Under the pieces are notes generated by a model that was not told the origin of the DNA, made no database searches, and worked only from the letters and a program-made list of their open reading frames with translations. A stretch of 53,215 bases of DNA from an uncultured Pseudomonadales bacterium (GTDB taxonomy: Bacteria; Patescibacteriota; Microgenomatia; UBA1400; PJMF01). Positions within the stretch are counted from its first letter, which is position 1, and every line of letters starts with the position of its first letter. Both the position numbers and the translations under genes were made by a program. The DNA lies in assembly GCA_964457085.1 (NCBI GenBank), contig CAYWDM010000007.1:1-53215 (forward strand), written 5' to 3'. This document shows, in pieces, positions 38,586 to 47,627 of the stretch.

Positions 38586-40001
38586 ATGAAAAAATTAACT
38601 AAAATTGTAGCAACTATTGGACCAGCAACCGAAACCGAAGAAGTCATCGAGCAGCTGATAAATGCGGGCATGAATGTAGCTCGCTTTAACACCAAGCATG
38701 GAACTCCTGAATGGCATCTTGAGAGAATTAAACGAGTAAAAACTGTTGCAGCACGAATGAATGTGCCAGTTGGTATTTTGCTTGATTTACAAGGTCCTGA
38801 AATTAGAATTAACTTGCCAGAGCAGAAAAATTTTGACGTGGTTGAAGGAGACCAGGTTTTATTTGCTGATGAGAAATCTACCACTCCTCCACAGTCGGAT
38901 AAACTTGCACTGATTCCATTGAATGTTGTTGAAACATTAGAAGTAGGTAATTTTATTTTATTGGATGATGGTGCTTGTGAGTTTGAAGTAATTGAAAAGC
39001 ATGAAACTCACTTAGTTGTTAAAGCACTGGGTGCCTTCACTGTTAAACATCGCAAGACCATGAATATCCCAGGAATTACCGTGGATATGCCGTCGCTGAT
39101 TCCAGCAGATTTGGTTCAGTTAGATAACATGACTGATGAGGACATAGATTTTGTTGGATTGTCATTTGTACGAAACAAAGAAGATATTGCAATCTTGCGC
39201 AGTGAATTAGATAAGCGAAATCTGCATTCAGACATTATTGCAAAAATCGAGAATCAATCTGCACTTGATAATTTAGACGAAATCATTGCGCATAGTGAAG
39301 CCGTAATGGTAGCTAGAGGCGACTTAGCTGTGGAAGTTGCATTTGAACAGTTGGCATATTGGCAGAAACTCATAATCGCCAAATGCAGAGCAGTTGGCAA
39401 GCCAGTAATTACAGCCACTCAGATGTTGAAGTCTATGGTCGACAGTCCCCGACCGACACGTGCAGAGGTGAGTGATATAGCGAATGCTGTCTATGACAGT
39501 ACCAGTGCAGTCATGTTGTCTGAGGAAACCACGATTGGGAAATTTCCAGTTAAAGCTGTCCAAACACAAGCAAAAATAGCTGCATTCAATGAGCCATTTG
39601 TGCTCGATAGATTAGAGGACTGGGACGACAGTGATTCCACAGCGGGAATTACTCACGCCGCAATGTTTTTGTTGCAGCACAGTACACAGCCAATTGACGA
39701 CATTATTGTGTTAACCGAAACCGGACATACGGTAAAATTATTGGCTCGGTATATGCCAAAAATTGTTGTAAAAGCTGTGACCAGTGATGCAACTGTCTAT
39801 GCGAAACTAGCATTGGTATTCGGAGTCAAACCATATAAAGTTGATTGGTCACAAATTCAGCAAGAGAATACTGCTCAATTGATTGAGCACTTTAAGAGTC
39901 AAGGAATTGTTGAGTCAGGTAAAAACGTATTATTAATATACGGTGGTATCTTTAAGAAGAGTGGTTTCACTAATAGTATTTCACTCATTAAAGTAAGTTA
40001 A
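38586..40001 (+). CDS. pyk: Pyruvate kinase
   Basis: TKIVATIGPA, GMNVARFN, LLDLQGPEIR, IIAKIEN, VMVARGDL, ATQMLKSM, RPTRAEVSD. Confidence 0.98.
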   Translation: MKKLTKIVATIGPATETEEVIEQLINAGMNVARFNTKHGTPEWHLERIKRVKTVAARMNVPVGILLDLQGPEIRINLPEQKNFDVVEGDQVLFADEKSTTPPQSDKLALIPLNVVETLEVGNFILLDDGACEFEVIEKHETHLVVKALGAFTVKHRKTMNIPGITVDMPSLIPADLVQLDNMTDEDIDFVGLSFVRNKEDIAILRSELDKRNLHSDIIAKIENQSALDNLDEIIAHSEAVMVARGDLAVEVAFEQLAYWQKLIIAKCRAVGKPVITATQMLKSMVDSPRPTRAEVSDIANAVYDSTSAVMLSEETTIGKFPVKAVQTQAKIAAFNEPFVLDRLEDWDDSDSTAGITHAAMFLLQHSTQPIDDIIVLTETGHTVKLLARYMPKIVVKAVTSDATVYAKLALVFGVKPYKVDWSQIQQENTAQLIEHFKSQGIVESGKNVLLIYGGIFKKSGFTNSISLIKVS

Positions 40002-40026
40002 TATCTCATCACTTTGTAAGTAAATT

Positions 40027-40053
40027 AGAGCCAGTTATTCACTGGCTCTTTTT
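40027..40053 (+). terminator. Intrinsic terminator after pyk
   Basis: AGAGCCAGT-TATTC-ACTGGCTCT-TTTT. Confidence 0.85.
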
Positions 40054-40061
40054 GTTACGGG

Positions 40062-40091
40062 TTGACATGATTTCATTTTTTTCTCTATACT
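40062..40091 (+). promoter_or_regulatory. sigma70-type promoter for the small basic protein
   Basis: TTGACA, 18 nt, TATACT. Confidence 0.7.
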
Positions 40092-40141
40092 GATATAGAG
40101 TAAAAAAATAGTTCATGGGTCTTCAGACCAATAGGAGTGAT

Positions 40142-40420
40142 ATGTCAAAAAAAAGTGGTGGTATTTTAGCATTAGCATTGGGTGTTGTTGCAGGTGCAGC
40201 AGCGATGTTCCTTTCAAAAAAAGAGAACCGTGAGATGGTGAAGCGTGAAGCAGTCAAAGCTGGCAAAAAAGCTAAGGTGATGGGCAAAGAGTTTAAGAAA
40301 AACCCAAAGAAATTTATCAAGAAAGAAGCTGCGGTTGTTAAAAAAGCTGTGATTAAGGGTGAGAAAGCAGTTGTGAAGGCCGCAAAGTCTGCAGCATCAA
40401 AATTGAAAAAGAAGAAATAA
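40142..40420 (+). CDS. Small YtxH-like, Lys/Ala-rich membrane-anchored protein
   Basis: AGGAG SD before ATG 40142. GGILALALGVVAGAAAMFLSKKENR, then a K/A-rich helix. Confidence 0.7.
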   Translation: MSKKSGGILALALGVVAGAAAMFLSKKENREMVKREAVKAGKKAKVMGKEFKKNPKKFIKKEAAVVKKAVIKGEKAVVKAAKSAASKLKKKK

Positions 40421-40438
40421 CTTTTCTGTTTGAATTTT

Positions 40439-40463
40439 AAAACGGGGCTAAGTGCCCCGTTTT
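40439..40463. terminator. Bidirectional terminator
   Basis: AAAACGGGGC-TAAGT-GCCCCGTTTT between convergent genes. Confidence 0.85.
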
Positions 40464-40464
40464 T

Positions 40465-40920
40465 TTATCTTTCAATTGCAGACAACAGTTCTTTTGACCA
40501 ATTTTCGAATTGTTGATTGTTTTCAGTTAGCTCTGGAAATCCATCAATTTTAAGTCCAGTGCACAATTGTCTGCTTTTATTTTGCAGCAATAACTTAGTT
40601 AAATCATCCACCGCGCTACAAAATGTTGTATAGCTGCGATCTCCACAGCCAAATACAGCAAAAGCTGTTTTACTTAGGTCAATTAATTTTTGTGAAAGCT
40701 GATCAGCAAAGATTTGTGCGTCAATTTGCAATTGACCATCATCCCAGGTTGAAGAACCCATTAGAATAATCTCAAATGAGCCAAGCTCTTGGGGCATAAC
40801 TTCTGAAATATTTTTAATAGTTACCTGATGGGTACTACTTAGCAACAAATCAGCCAATTTTTCTGCAACAGATTGTGTATTGCCAGTCAATGACCCATAG
40901 GCTATTAAAATTTTTTTCAT
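40465..40920 (-). CDS. Flavodoxin (short chain)
   Basis: YGSLTGNTQSVA, GSSTWDDG, AVFGCGDRSYTTFCSAVD. Confidence 0.95.
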   Translation of the reverse strand: MKKILIAYGSLTGNTQSVAEKLADLLLSSTHQVTIKNISEVMPQELGSFEIILMGSSTWDDGQLQIDAQIFADQLSQKLIDLSKTAFAVFGCGDRSYTTFCSAVDDLTKLLLQNKSRQLCTGLKIDGFPELTENNQQFENWSKELLSAIER

Positions 40921-40959
40921 TATTGATTGCTGTGAAGTTGAGATACAGCTGATCGCAAA

Positions 40960-41679
40960 CTATTCTTCCGCAACAACTATGGTGTTAACAGTCACTGGAG
41001 AGACAGGGCTGGATTGTTCGCCACTGAAACTTGACTGTACTGGTGCGGTCGCAATTTTATCAACTGTTTCCAATCCCTTAATAACTTTACCGAAAATGAC
41101 ATAATTTGGGGGAAGTGCATAGTCGGCATGCATAATGAAAAATTGACTGCCATTAGTATTTGGGCCAGCATTTGCCATAGCGACTGTGCCTCGGGTGTAT
41201 TCACCTTTAAATGTCTCATCTTCAAAGGTGTATCCTGGACCGCCAGTGCCATTACCATTTGGATCTCCACCTTGGATCATAAAGCCTTTGATTGAGCGAT
41301 GAAAAATTGTGTTGTCATAAAAATTATTTTTTGCCAAAACTACAAAATTGTTAACAGTCACAGGTGTTTGTACTGGATTAAGTGCGATGACTATGTCACC
41401 TTCACTCGTGCGCAGTGTTGCAGTGTATTTTTTATTTTGATCGATTTGCATTGTTGGTTTTTGCATTTGTTTTCGTGCCTTTGGGGTAGCTGATAATTTT
41501 GTTGGCGTGGGACTAATCCCATCCGTAATTCCTAAATTTTGTACTTGGAGTTTTAAGTTATCACTAGTAACTTCTGAATTTTTCTCTGGTCCAGTTGGTT
41601 GATTGCGTGTGAATCCAAAAATAACAATAGCAATTAAAGCCACTGAACTTAAACCAATAAAAAATGTTTCTTTTGTCAT
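40960..41679 (-). CDS. Membrane-anchored cyclophilin-type peptidyl-prolyl isomerase
   Basis: FHRSIKGFMIQGGDP.G.GTGGPGY, AMANAGPNTNGSQFFI. N-terminal TM; likely start at 41679. Confidence 0.95.
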   Translation of the reverse strand: MTKETFFIGLSSVALIAIVIFGFTRNQPTGPEKNSEVTSDNLKLQVQNLGITDGISPTPTKLSATPKARKQMQKPTMQIDQNKKYTATLRTSEGDIVIALNPVQTPVTVNNFVVLAKNNFYDNTIFHRSIKGFMIQGGDPNGNGTGGPGYTFEDETFKGEYTRGTVAMANAGPNTNGSQFFIMHADYALPPNYVIFGKVIKGLETVDKIATAPVQSSFSGEQSSPVSPVTVNTIVVAEE

Positions 41680-41842
41680 AAAATTAATAAAGTATCCAAT
41701 TAAACGATGGTGAAGAACTTTTATTATACGTGGTATGGCAACTATTGCAAAATCTCTGTCATTACTTGATGCGTGTGAAGCTGAGTGAAAAAGCAAACCG
41801 ACGAGAAGTAGTAGAAGTAGGTTTGCCCAAAAAGTTTGTTTA

Positions 41843-41868
41843 GGGAGTGCCGTGCCCACGGCACTCCC
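41843..41868. terminator. Strong GC-rich hairpin, probable terminator downstream of 41916-43229
   Basis: GGGAGTGCCGTG-CC-CACGGCACTCCC perfect 12-bp inverted repeat. Confidence 0.65.
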
Positions 41869-41915
41869 CTTTTGACACCCAGCTGACCAGGTTGAGTGGG
41901 ATTGTTGTTCGAGGC

Positions 41916-43229
41916 TTAGTTTCCTGCAGGACTGAAACTACTCCACCAGCTTTCTGGGGCTAGGAGTAAAGGTCCGGTTGGGATGTCACCAACGATCAGA
42001 CGGACGGCATTTGCCATACCGTCCAGATTGTTGTCGAGCAGGGTAATACCTGGGGTAGATTTGCCTTCACCATCGAAATGAGTGAAGAAATGCGTTATCA
42101 GTGCATTATTCAGACGCTGAGCATGTAGCAAACGGTCAGCTTCAACTACGTCTTTTGCATAGTGACGCCATCCCCATGACGACTTAACGCCTTTGGGACA
42201 AATGATAGCCAAATCGAGTGTGTGTCCACTGACAATTGCCATCTCGACCATATAGTGTTGCTGAGGGTTGATCCCTGACGGGACACTACCTTCTGTTGGC
42301 TGTTCCCCTTTGGCAAAGGGTCTGCAGATGAAGTTTAGCTCAATAGCGTCGTACTCCGATGCCACTAATTTGGTTTCTTCTGCAGCCAGCATATCAAGCA
42401 CGCTGATTGGGTCGAGGTCGTATGTAGCCGTAGAACTGCGCTCATGCGCCCAGCTGGTAGCTGGGGTTTTGATGATTTTCCAACCACTGGGCAAAGTGGT
42501 GATGAAATCATTTGCAATATCGTGGCTATAGGCACTTAAACCCAACCAGTACAGTTTGGCATCTGGGAACTGTACTTTCATCCACCCAGCAACTGCCAGC
42601 ATGTCATCTGTGTGCAAAACATATTGCTCCACAGACTCCTCATCTGACATTGCTTTGATGGTGAGATAGTAACCTTTTGGTGCTAAACCAGCCAGAGTTG
42701 TGTCATCACCAGTTTTCAGTACGATGAGTTGGGTGGATTCATCGGCTTCAAAGTTTTCATTGGTCATCACACCGTAAAAATATTTTTCAAAATGTGGATA
42801 TTCAACTGCTTGGCTTCGATACACTTTTGCAATGGTTGCATAAAACAAATGAGCCTTTGGATAGTTGGCCAAAATAATTTCAGCTGCAATCAGTGCTGAT
42901 TTTCCACTGAAAGTATTGCACTCAGTAATTAAAATGTTTGGCTCATCTCTGAGATTATGAGTTAGTGGTTTGTAAAATGGTAGTAATTGTTCTGGTTGGA
43001 TATTTGGATGATTATATTTAACTTGTATGGGCAACTGGGTAATGATTTGCAATTTATTAGCGATCATGGTTCCAGGAATAGCACCATTTCTGAGAATTGG
43101 TGCGACTGCATCGAACACGATGCTAGTATCTTCAGCATAGACTTGAATTTTGGCGATTAAACTTTCTATGACTTCACCAAACTCTGTCCAAGACATTAGA
43201 CTGGTATCAACTAGAGTATATTTTTTCAT
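41916..43229 (-). CDS. Type I phosphoribosyltransferase-like N-terminal domain fused to an unknown domain (possible chimera)
   Basis: SWTEF...FDAVAPILRNGAIPG...NILITECNTFSGKS (degenerate PRPP loop). The C-terminal ~270 aa are unrecognised. Confidence 0.55.
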   Translation of the reverse strand: MKKYTLVDTSLMSWTEFGEVIESLIAKIQVYAEDTSIVFDAVAPILRNGAIPGTMIANKLQIITQLPIQVKYNHPNIQPEQLLPFYKPLTHNLRDEPNILITECNTFSGKSALIAAEIILANYPKAHLFYATIAKVYRSQAVEYPHFEKYFYGVMTNENFEADESTQLIVLKTGDDTTLAGLAPKGYYLTIKAMSDEESVEQYVLHTDDMLAVAGWMKVQFPDAKLYWLGLSAYSHDIANDFITTLPSGWKIIKTPATSWAHERSSTATYDLDPISVLDMLAAEETKLVASEYDAIELNFICRPFAKGEQPTEGSVPSGINPQQHYMVEMAIVSGHTLDLAIICPKGVKSSWGWRHYAKDVVEADRLLHAQRLNNALITHFFTHFDGEGKSTPGITLLDNNLDGMANAVRLIVGDIPTGPLLLAPESWWSSFSPAGN

Positions 43230-44083
43230 TTTATTTTTAATTTTTCTGTGGCTATTCCAGCCGTAATTATGAGTAGACCTCCAATAATTTGCGTGGTGGT
43301 AAGCATTGCTTCACCAAGAACAGTTACGGCCATAATCGAGACAAACACTGGGGTGAATGAATAGACCATGGTTACAAATGTTGCTGACACAATTTTATAA
43401 GCTTTAAATCGTAAAATAATTCCCAGCATGTAAAGCACGGTGAGTACTAAGATTAGAAAAAAAGATTTTGGTATGGCAATTGCGTGATTAAAAAATGCAA
43501 TGCCAGCTAGTGGGATTAGACCAAATAAAAATCCACCAGATGCACTTAAGTCTGAGCCCATCCGGTTGGTAGCCATTTTTCCGAGAATGTTATTGCCAAA
43601 GGCCACGAGTGCAGCTTCAGCCAGTGTGAATACATCTCCTTTAGAAAATGAAATGAGTTGCCCGTTTGTGGTTAGCAGATAGGCACCAGTTAAAATTAAG
43701 CCGGCTAAAATTATTTTTTTTGCTGTTAGCTTTTCACCCAAAAAAAGATACGCAAAAATGATCGTAAATAAGATAACGCTGCGCATTAAGAATGCGTAGT
43801 TCATTGCTGGACTGTACTGAATAGCAAATGCTTCAGTAATTGAGGTGCCTACGGTGCCAATTAGTCCCATTCCCAACAAGATTAAATAATCTTTTTTTAC
43901 CAAACTTTTGAACTCGGTTTTTTGTTTGAAAAAAACATGCAACCAATATGGTGCAGCCAAAATACTCGTCCAGAATGCAATATTGTAGGCATTTTCACCT
44001 TCTTTCAGTACATATCTGGCAATAATAATACTGAATGCCCAACCAATTGAGGCCAAAAATGTGTAGAAAAAGCCCTTGCTCAT
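43226..44083 (-). CDS. EamA/DMT family transporter
   Basis: About 10 TM segments in two repeats, AYLFLGEKL, VLGEAM...IIGGLLII. ATGA coupling to the downstream gene. Confidence 0.9.
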   Translation of the reverse strand: MSKGFFYTFLASIGWAFSIIIARYVLKEGENAYNIAFWTSILAAPYWLHVFFKQKTEFKSLVKKDYLILLGMGLIGTVGTSITEAFAIQYSPAMNYAFLMRSVILFTIIFAYLFLGEKLTAKKIILAGLILTGAYLLTTNGQLISFSKGDVFTLAEAALVAFGNNILGKMATNRMGSDLSASGGFLFGLIPLAGIAFFNHAIAIPKSFFLILVLTVLYMLGIILRFKAYKIVSATFVTMVYSFTPVFVSIMAVTVLGEAMLTTTQIIGGLLIITAGIATEKLKIK

Positions 44084-44162
44084 GGTGTGAATTTCCAATC
44101 ACTGGCTCAACTAGAGACTGCTACTCAGAAGCTATCTTCCCCACTTTGGAGGGGATAACTTG

Positions 44163-44233
44163 ATGCCCGACCAGGATTTGAACCTGGATACACAGCTTCA
44201 AAGGCTGTTGTCCTGCCATTAGACGATCGGGCA
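44163..44233 (-). tRNA. tRNA-Gln(TTG)
   Basis: Minus strand TGCCCGA..TCGGGCA acceptor (U1-A72), anticodon stem ACAGC/GCTGT with loop CT-TTG-AA, GGTTCAAATCC. Confidence 0.95.
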
Positions 44234-44285
44234 ATAAGACAGGTTCATATTATATGACATTCCTGCAATTTTGTGCATTGAAATC

Positions 44286-45062
44286 TCAAGACACTTTTAG
44301 CGTGTTTTGCAAAACAAGGTACTGATTCAGGTCTCCGGATTTTCCATCTGCCTGGAACGAATTAATCAGTGTTAGTCTTGAGGATAACTTACTAAGAATT
44401 TGTTTGATCTCTGCATTGGTGAATGAGTGACAGTATCTTGCCACTTTTGTATTTGTTTGCCATCCCAATAGCAAATCATTCTCCGCCAATTCAGACTTTT
44501 CGATATTAAACTCGCTTGTAGATAGTTGTTTATGTAAAAACCTCTCTGGATGGTTGAGTGGCTGCCAGAAAGACAAGATTAAGTGGCCATTTGGTTTGAG
44601 TAGCTGAGCGATATCTGTTATGAAGTTCTCCACATTTTCTTGATCTGGAATGTGATGCAATAAGCCAAAGACGCAAATGTGCGAGTATTTTTTATCTGAA
44701 ATAATATTGGAAATCGATGATTGCTTGCTAATAAGGTTTGCGAGTAAATCTAGTTGAATAGTATTTTGAGACTTTATTCTTGGAATGTTTTTTAGTGACT
44801 CTACCGCTTTTTCAAGCAATGATGTATTACTATCAATTCCGGTATAAGAAAAATCTGCAGCGGTTTTAGTAGCTAGGAATTGAGCAAATCTACCATTTCC
44901 ACAACCAACATCCAATATAGTGCAATTTGTATCAGTAAAAAATGGAATTAATTGCTGCCAGCCACTCCACCCCATTTGTCTTGTTTGATCAAAACTATCA
45001 GCTACAGTTTGGTAAAAAGTTGTAGTCAACTCAATGAGTTTGAGTGCTGTAGTTTGCTTCAT
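44286..45062 (-). CDS. Trm9/ALKBH8-like class I SAM methyltransferase (candidate tRNA cm5U34 carboxyl methyltransferase)
   Basis: FYQTVADSFDQTRQMGW (Trm9-type Y..IA..F..TR..W), LDVGCGNGR, LLHHIP, LILSFW, DLLLGW, RYCHSF..E (Trm9-type RYYH.F..E). Confidence 0.75.
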   Translation of the reverse strand: MKQTTALKLIELTTTFYQTVADSFDQTRQMGWSGWQQLIPFFTDTNCTILDVGCGNGRFAQFLATKTAADFSYTGIDSNTSLLEKAVESLKNIPRIKSQNTIQLDLLANLISKQSSISNIISDKKYSHICVFGLLHHIPDQENVENFITDIAQLLKPNGHLILSFWQPLNHPERFLHKQLSTSEFNIEKSELAENDLLLGWQTNTKVARYCHSFTNAEIKQILSKLSSRLTLINSFQADGKSGDLNQYLVLQNTLKVS

Positions 45063-45082
45063 GAATGTCTGGATGGCTTAGT

Positions 45083-45089
45083 TATAATA
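45083..45089. promoter_or_regulatory. Overlapping divergent -10 elements for elp3 and the methyltransferase
   Basis: Plus-strand TATAAT (45083-45088) lies 6 nt before the elp3 ATG at 45095. Minus-strand TATTAT (45089-45084) lies 21 nt before the MTase ATG at 45062. Confidence 0.6.
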
Positions 45090-45094
45090 GCCAT

Positions 45095-46993
45095 ATGGCT
45101 AGTGCTCATTATACCAATCAAGAAGAAACTCAATTAATTGAGTTTTTTACACTGCTACAGCAAGAAGAAAAAGCGTCAGCCAAAGTTTTGTTGCGTTTAC
45201 AAAAAAAATTCACTCAAGATGGGGGTGGTTTTTGGTCAAAAACTGAATTGACTGCGGCGTATCACAGTTTGGCTGGCACTCACGGACTACAGCCAGTAAG
45301 AAGTGACATTAGCCAGTTATTGCAGATGAAGCCAACGCGAACAATTTCTGGTGTTGCACCGGTCACGGTTTTGACAAAGCCATTCCCCTGCCCTGGTCGA
45401 TGTATTTTTTGTCCGAGTGATGTGCGGATGCCAAAAAGCTATTTAAGCGATGAACCTGGGGCACAACGGGCAGAAAAAAATTATTTCGATCCATATTTGC
45501 AAACCTACAATCGAGTGAGTGCACTGGCACAAATGGGTCACAGTGTTAATAAAATCGAGTTAATTATTCTAGGCGGAACTTGGTCATATTATCCTGAGGC
45601 ATATCAAGTTTGGTTTATTACAGAGTGTTTTAGAGCTTTAAATGATTTTGGAGTAATTGATCATAGTATTAACATTCGTGGTATTTATCAAAATGCAGAA
45701 AAACTTAGCTTTGATGCTCATCAAATTGTACGGAGTGATGATCAGAAGAAAAATAAAATTGAGGTGGCTGACTACGAGATGATTGGAGGTCAAAGCAAGA
45801 ATAATGCTGCAACTTACAACCAAACTGTTTCTGAAATGTATGTGCAGCCAGAGAAAAAAACTGGACTAACTGAATATCAAAGTGCAAGTTGGGAGGAGTT
45901 AGAGCAGCAACAGCTTCAGAATGAGACCACATTGTGTCGCTGCGTTGGATTGGTAATTGAGACCAGACCTGACAATATTTCAGTGCAAGAAGTACTGCGA
46001 ATACGTCGTTTAGGTTGCACAAAAACACAAATTGGAGTGCAGAGTTTGCAGGATAGTGTTTTGAGCAAAAATAACAGGGGTCACGACGTTGCAGCCACGC
46101 AGCGAGCATTTGCATTGCTCCGACAGGCAGGTTTCAAAATTCATGCTCATTGGATGCCAAATCTATATGGCTCTTCACCTGAGGCAGACATCGAGGATTA
46201 CAAAAAATTATTCGCAGACCCTAGATTTTGTCCTGACGAATTAAAGATCTATCCTTGTTCGTTAATTGAAAGTGCCGAACTATTGAATTATTACAAGCAA
46301 GGTTTGTGGAGACCCTATAGCGAAGAAGAATTACTACATGTACTTACGTTATGTTTTCAACTAACTCCCAGTTATTGTCGTCTGACTAGAGTCATCCGAG
46401 ATATTCCTTCAACAGATATTTTGGTAGGAAATAAGAAGACCAATTTTAGGCAATTAGTTGATCAGTGGTTGGAGAAAAACCATAGGGTTATTACAGAAAT
46501 TCGCTCTCGTGAGATTCGTCATCATGAGTATGATGCTGCAACTGCAAAATTTTCAACAATTCAGTACACCACCACTGTCAGTCAGGAACAATTTTTGCAA
46601 TTTACTGCTCCTGTTGCGGGTGAGGAGAAGTTATTGGCTTTTTTGAGACTAAGTTTACCTAATACTACATTCGATCCAATTGCAAATGAATTGGAGGGTG
46701 CGGCTATGATCCGTGAGATTCATGTGTATGGACAGGCAACAGGAATTGGTCACCACGAACAAGGAAGATCTCAACATGTAGGATTGGGTCGAAGGCTGCT
46801 GGCTAAGGCTGCACTTATAGCTCAAAAAGCTGGGTATCAAAAACTTGCGGTTATTTCAGCAATTGGAACTAAAGAATATTATCGTTCTCTTGGCTTTACG
46901 GATGGACAGTTGTATCAACATTTAGATTTACAAAACCTATCGGAAAAATTGACAGTATTGGCCACCGATACAGAAATCTATGAGCAAAAATAG
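45095..46993 (+). CDS. elp3: Elp3-type tRNA uridine(34) carboxymethyltransferase (radical SAM + GNAT/KAT)
   Basis: RTISGVAPV, PCPGRCIFCP, PKSY, IILGGTW, IETRPD, GVQS, RGH, HWMPNL, PDELKIYP, RVIRDIP, IREIHVYG, QHVGLG, VISAIGTKEYY. Confidence 0.95.
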   Translation: MASAHYTNQEETQLIEFFTLLQQEEKASAKVLLRLQKKFTQDGGGFWSKTELTAAYHSLAGTHGLQPVRSDISQLLQMKPTRTISGVAPVTVLTKPFPCPGRCIFCPSDVRMPKSYLSDEPGAQRAEKNYFDPYLQTYNRVSALAQMGHSVNKIELIILGGTWSYYPEAYQVWFITECFRALNDFGVIDHSINIRGIYQNAEKLSFDAHQIVRSDDQKKNKIEVADYEMIGGQSKNNAATYNQTVSEMYVQPEKKTGLTEYQSASWEELEQQQLQNETTLCRCVGLVIETRPDNISVQEVLRIRRLGCTKTQIGVQSLQDSVLSKNNRGHDVAATQRAFALLRQAGFKIHAHWMPNLYGSSPEADIEDYKKLFADPRFCPDELKIYPCSLIESAELLNYYKQGLWRPYSEEELLHVLTLCFQLTPSYCRLTRVIRDIPSTDILVGNKKTNFRQLVDQWLEKNHRVITEIRSREIRHHEYDAATAKFSTIQYTTTVSQEQFLQFTAPVAGEEKLLAFLRLSLPNTTFDPIANELEGAAMIREIHVYGQATGIGHHEQGRSQHVGLGRRLLAKAALIAQKAGYQKLAVISAIGTKEYYRSLGFTDGQLYQHLDLQNLSEKLTVLATDTEIYEQK

Positions 46994-47627
46994 ACTTTCT
47001 GCGGTACTGAGTTTGTTGGTGATTGTGGTTATTTTGTTGGGAGTTTCAATTAAACCTCAGATACTCCAATTATTGCCTTTGAGCAAAACTGATCGCCAGT
47101 TGTTAAGTATATTTAGTAGTGATGTAGAGCCGACTCGAGTTCCTACAGTTATTTTATTGAGTGAAATTACTGAACCAACTCGCACACAGGCAATTGCGTC
47201 AGTTGCTGCTCAAGCAATTCTTAAACCAAATGCGACTGAATCAGCTCTAGTGGCAAGAGTAATAGACGGCGATACTATCGAATTAGCTGATGGTAGGACT
47301 GTTCGCTACATTGGCATCGACACACCTGAAACGAAACACCCGACCAAGGGCGTGCAGTGTTTCGGAAAAGAGGCTTCGATGCATAATCAAAGCTTAGTGC
47401 TTGGCAAGAATGTTGTTCTCGAAAATGATGTCAGTACAACCGATAGGTATGGTAGGTTGTTGAAGTATGTTTGGTTGGATGGTGAGTTAATAAATTACAG
47501 ACTGGTGGCTGAGGGTTATGCACTTGCAAGTTCGTATCCACCTGACATAGCTCGTCAAGCTACTTTTCGAGAGGCAGAAAATCAAGCTCGTCTGTCGTCA
47601 TTGGGGTTGTGGTCTGCATGTAATTAA
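46980..47627 (+). CDS. Membrane-anchored thermonuclease (SNase family)
   Basis: VIDGDTI, VRYIGIDTPE, DRYGRLLKYV, LVAEGYA, A...GLW. Confidence 0.95.
   Translation: MSKNRLSAVLSLLVIVVILLGVSIKPQILQLLPLSKTDRQLLSIFSSDVEPTRVPTVILLSEITEPTRTQAIASVAAQAILKPNATESALVARVIDGDTIELADGRTVRYIGIDTPETKHPTKGVQCFGKEASMHNQSLVLGKNVVLENDVSTTDRYGRLLKYVWLDGELINYRLVAEGYALASSYPPDIARQATFREAENQARLSSLGLWSACN

Noticed and set aside
41881-41895. Possible att duplicate of the tRNA-Gln 3' end
   Set aside because: Only 7 nt (GACCAGG) match, which is not significant.
47560-47627. 68-nt convergent overlap of the thermonuclease and recQ
   Set aside because: The RecQ tail here is non-conserved low-information sequence, an ordinary 3' run-on in a compact genome.
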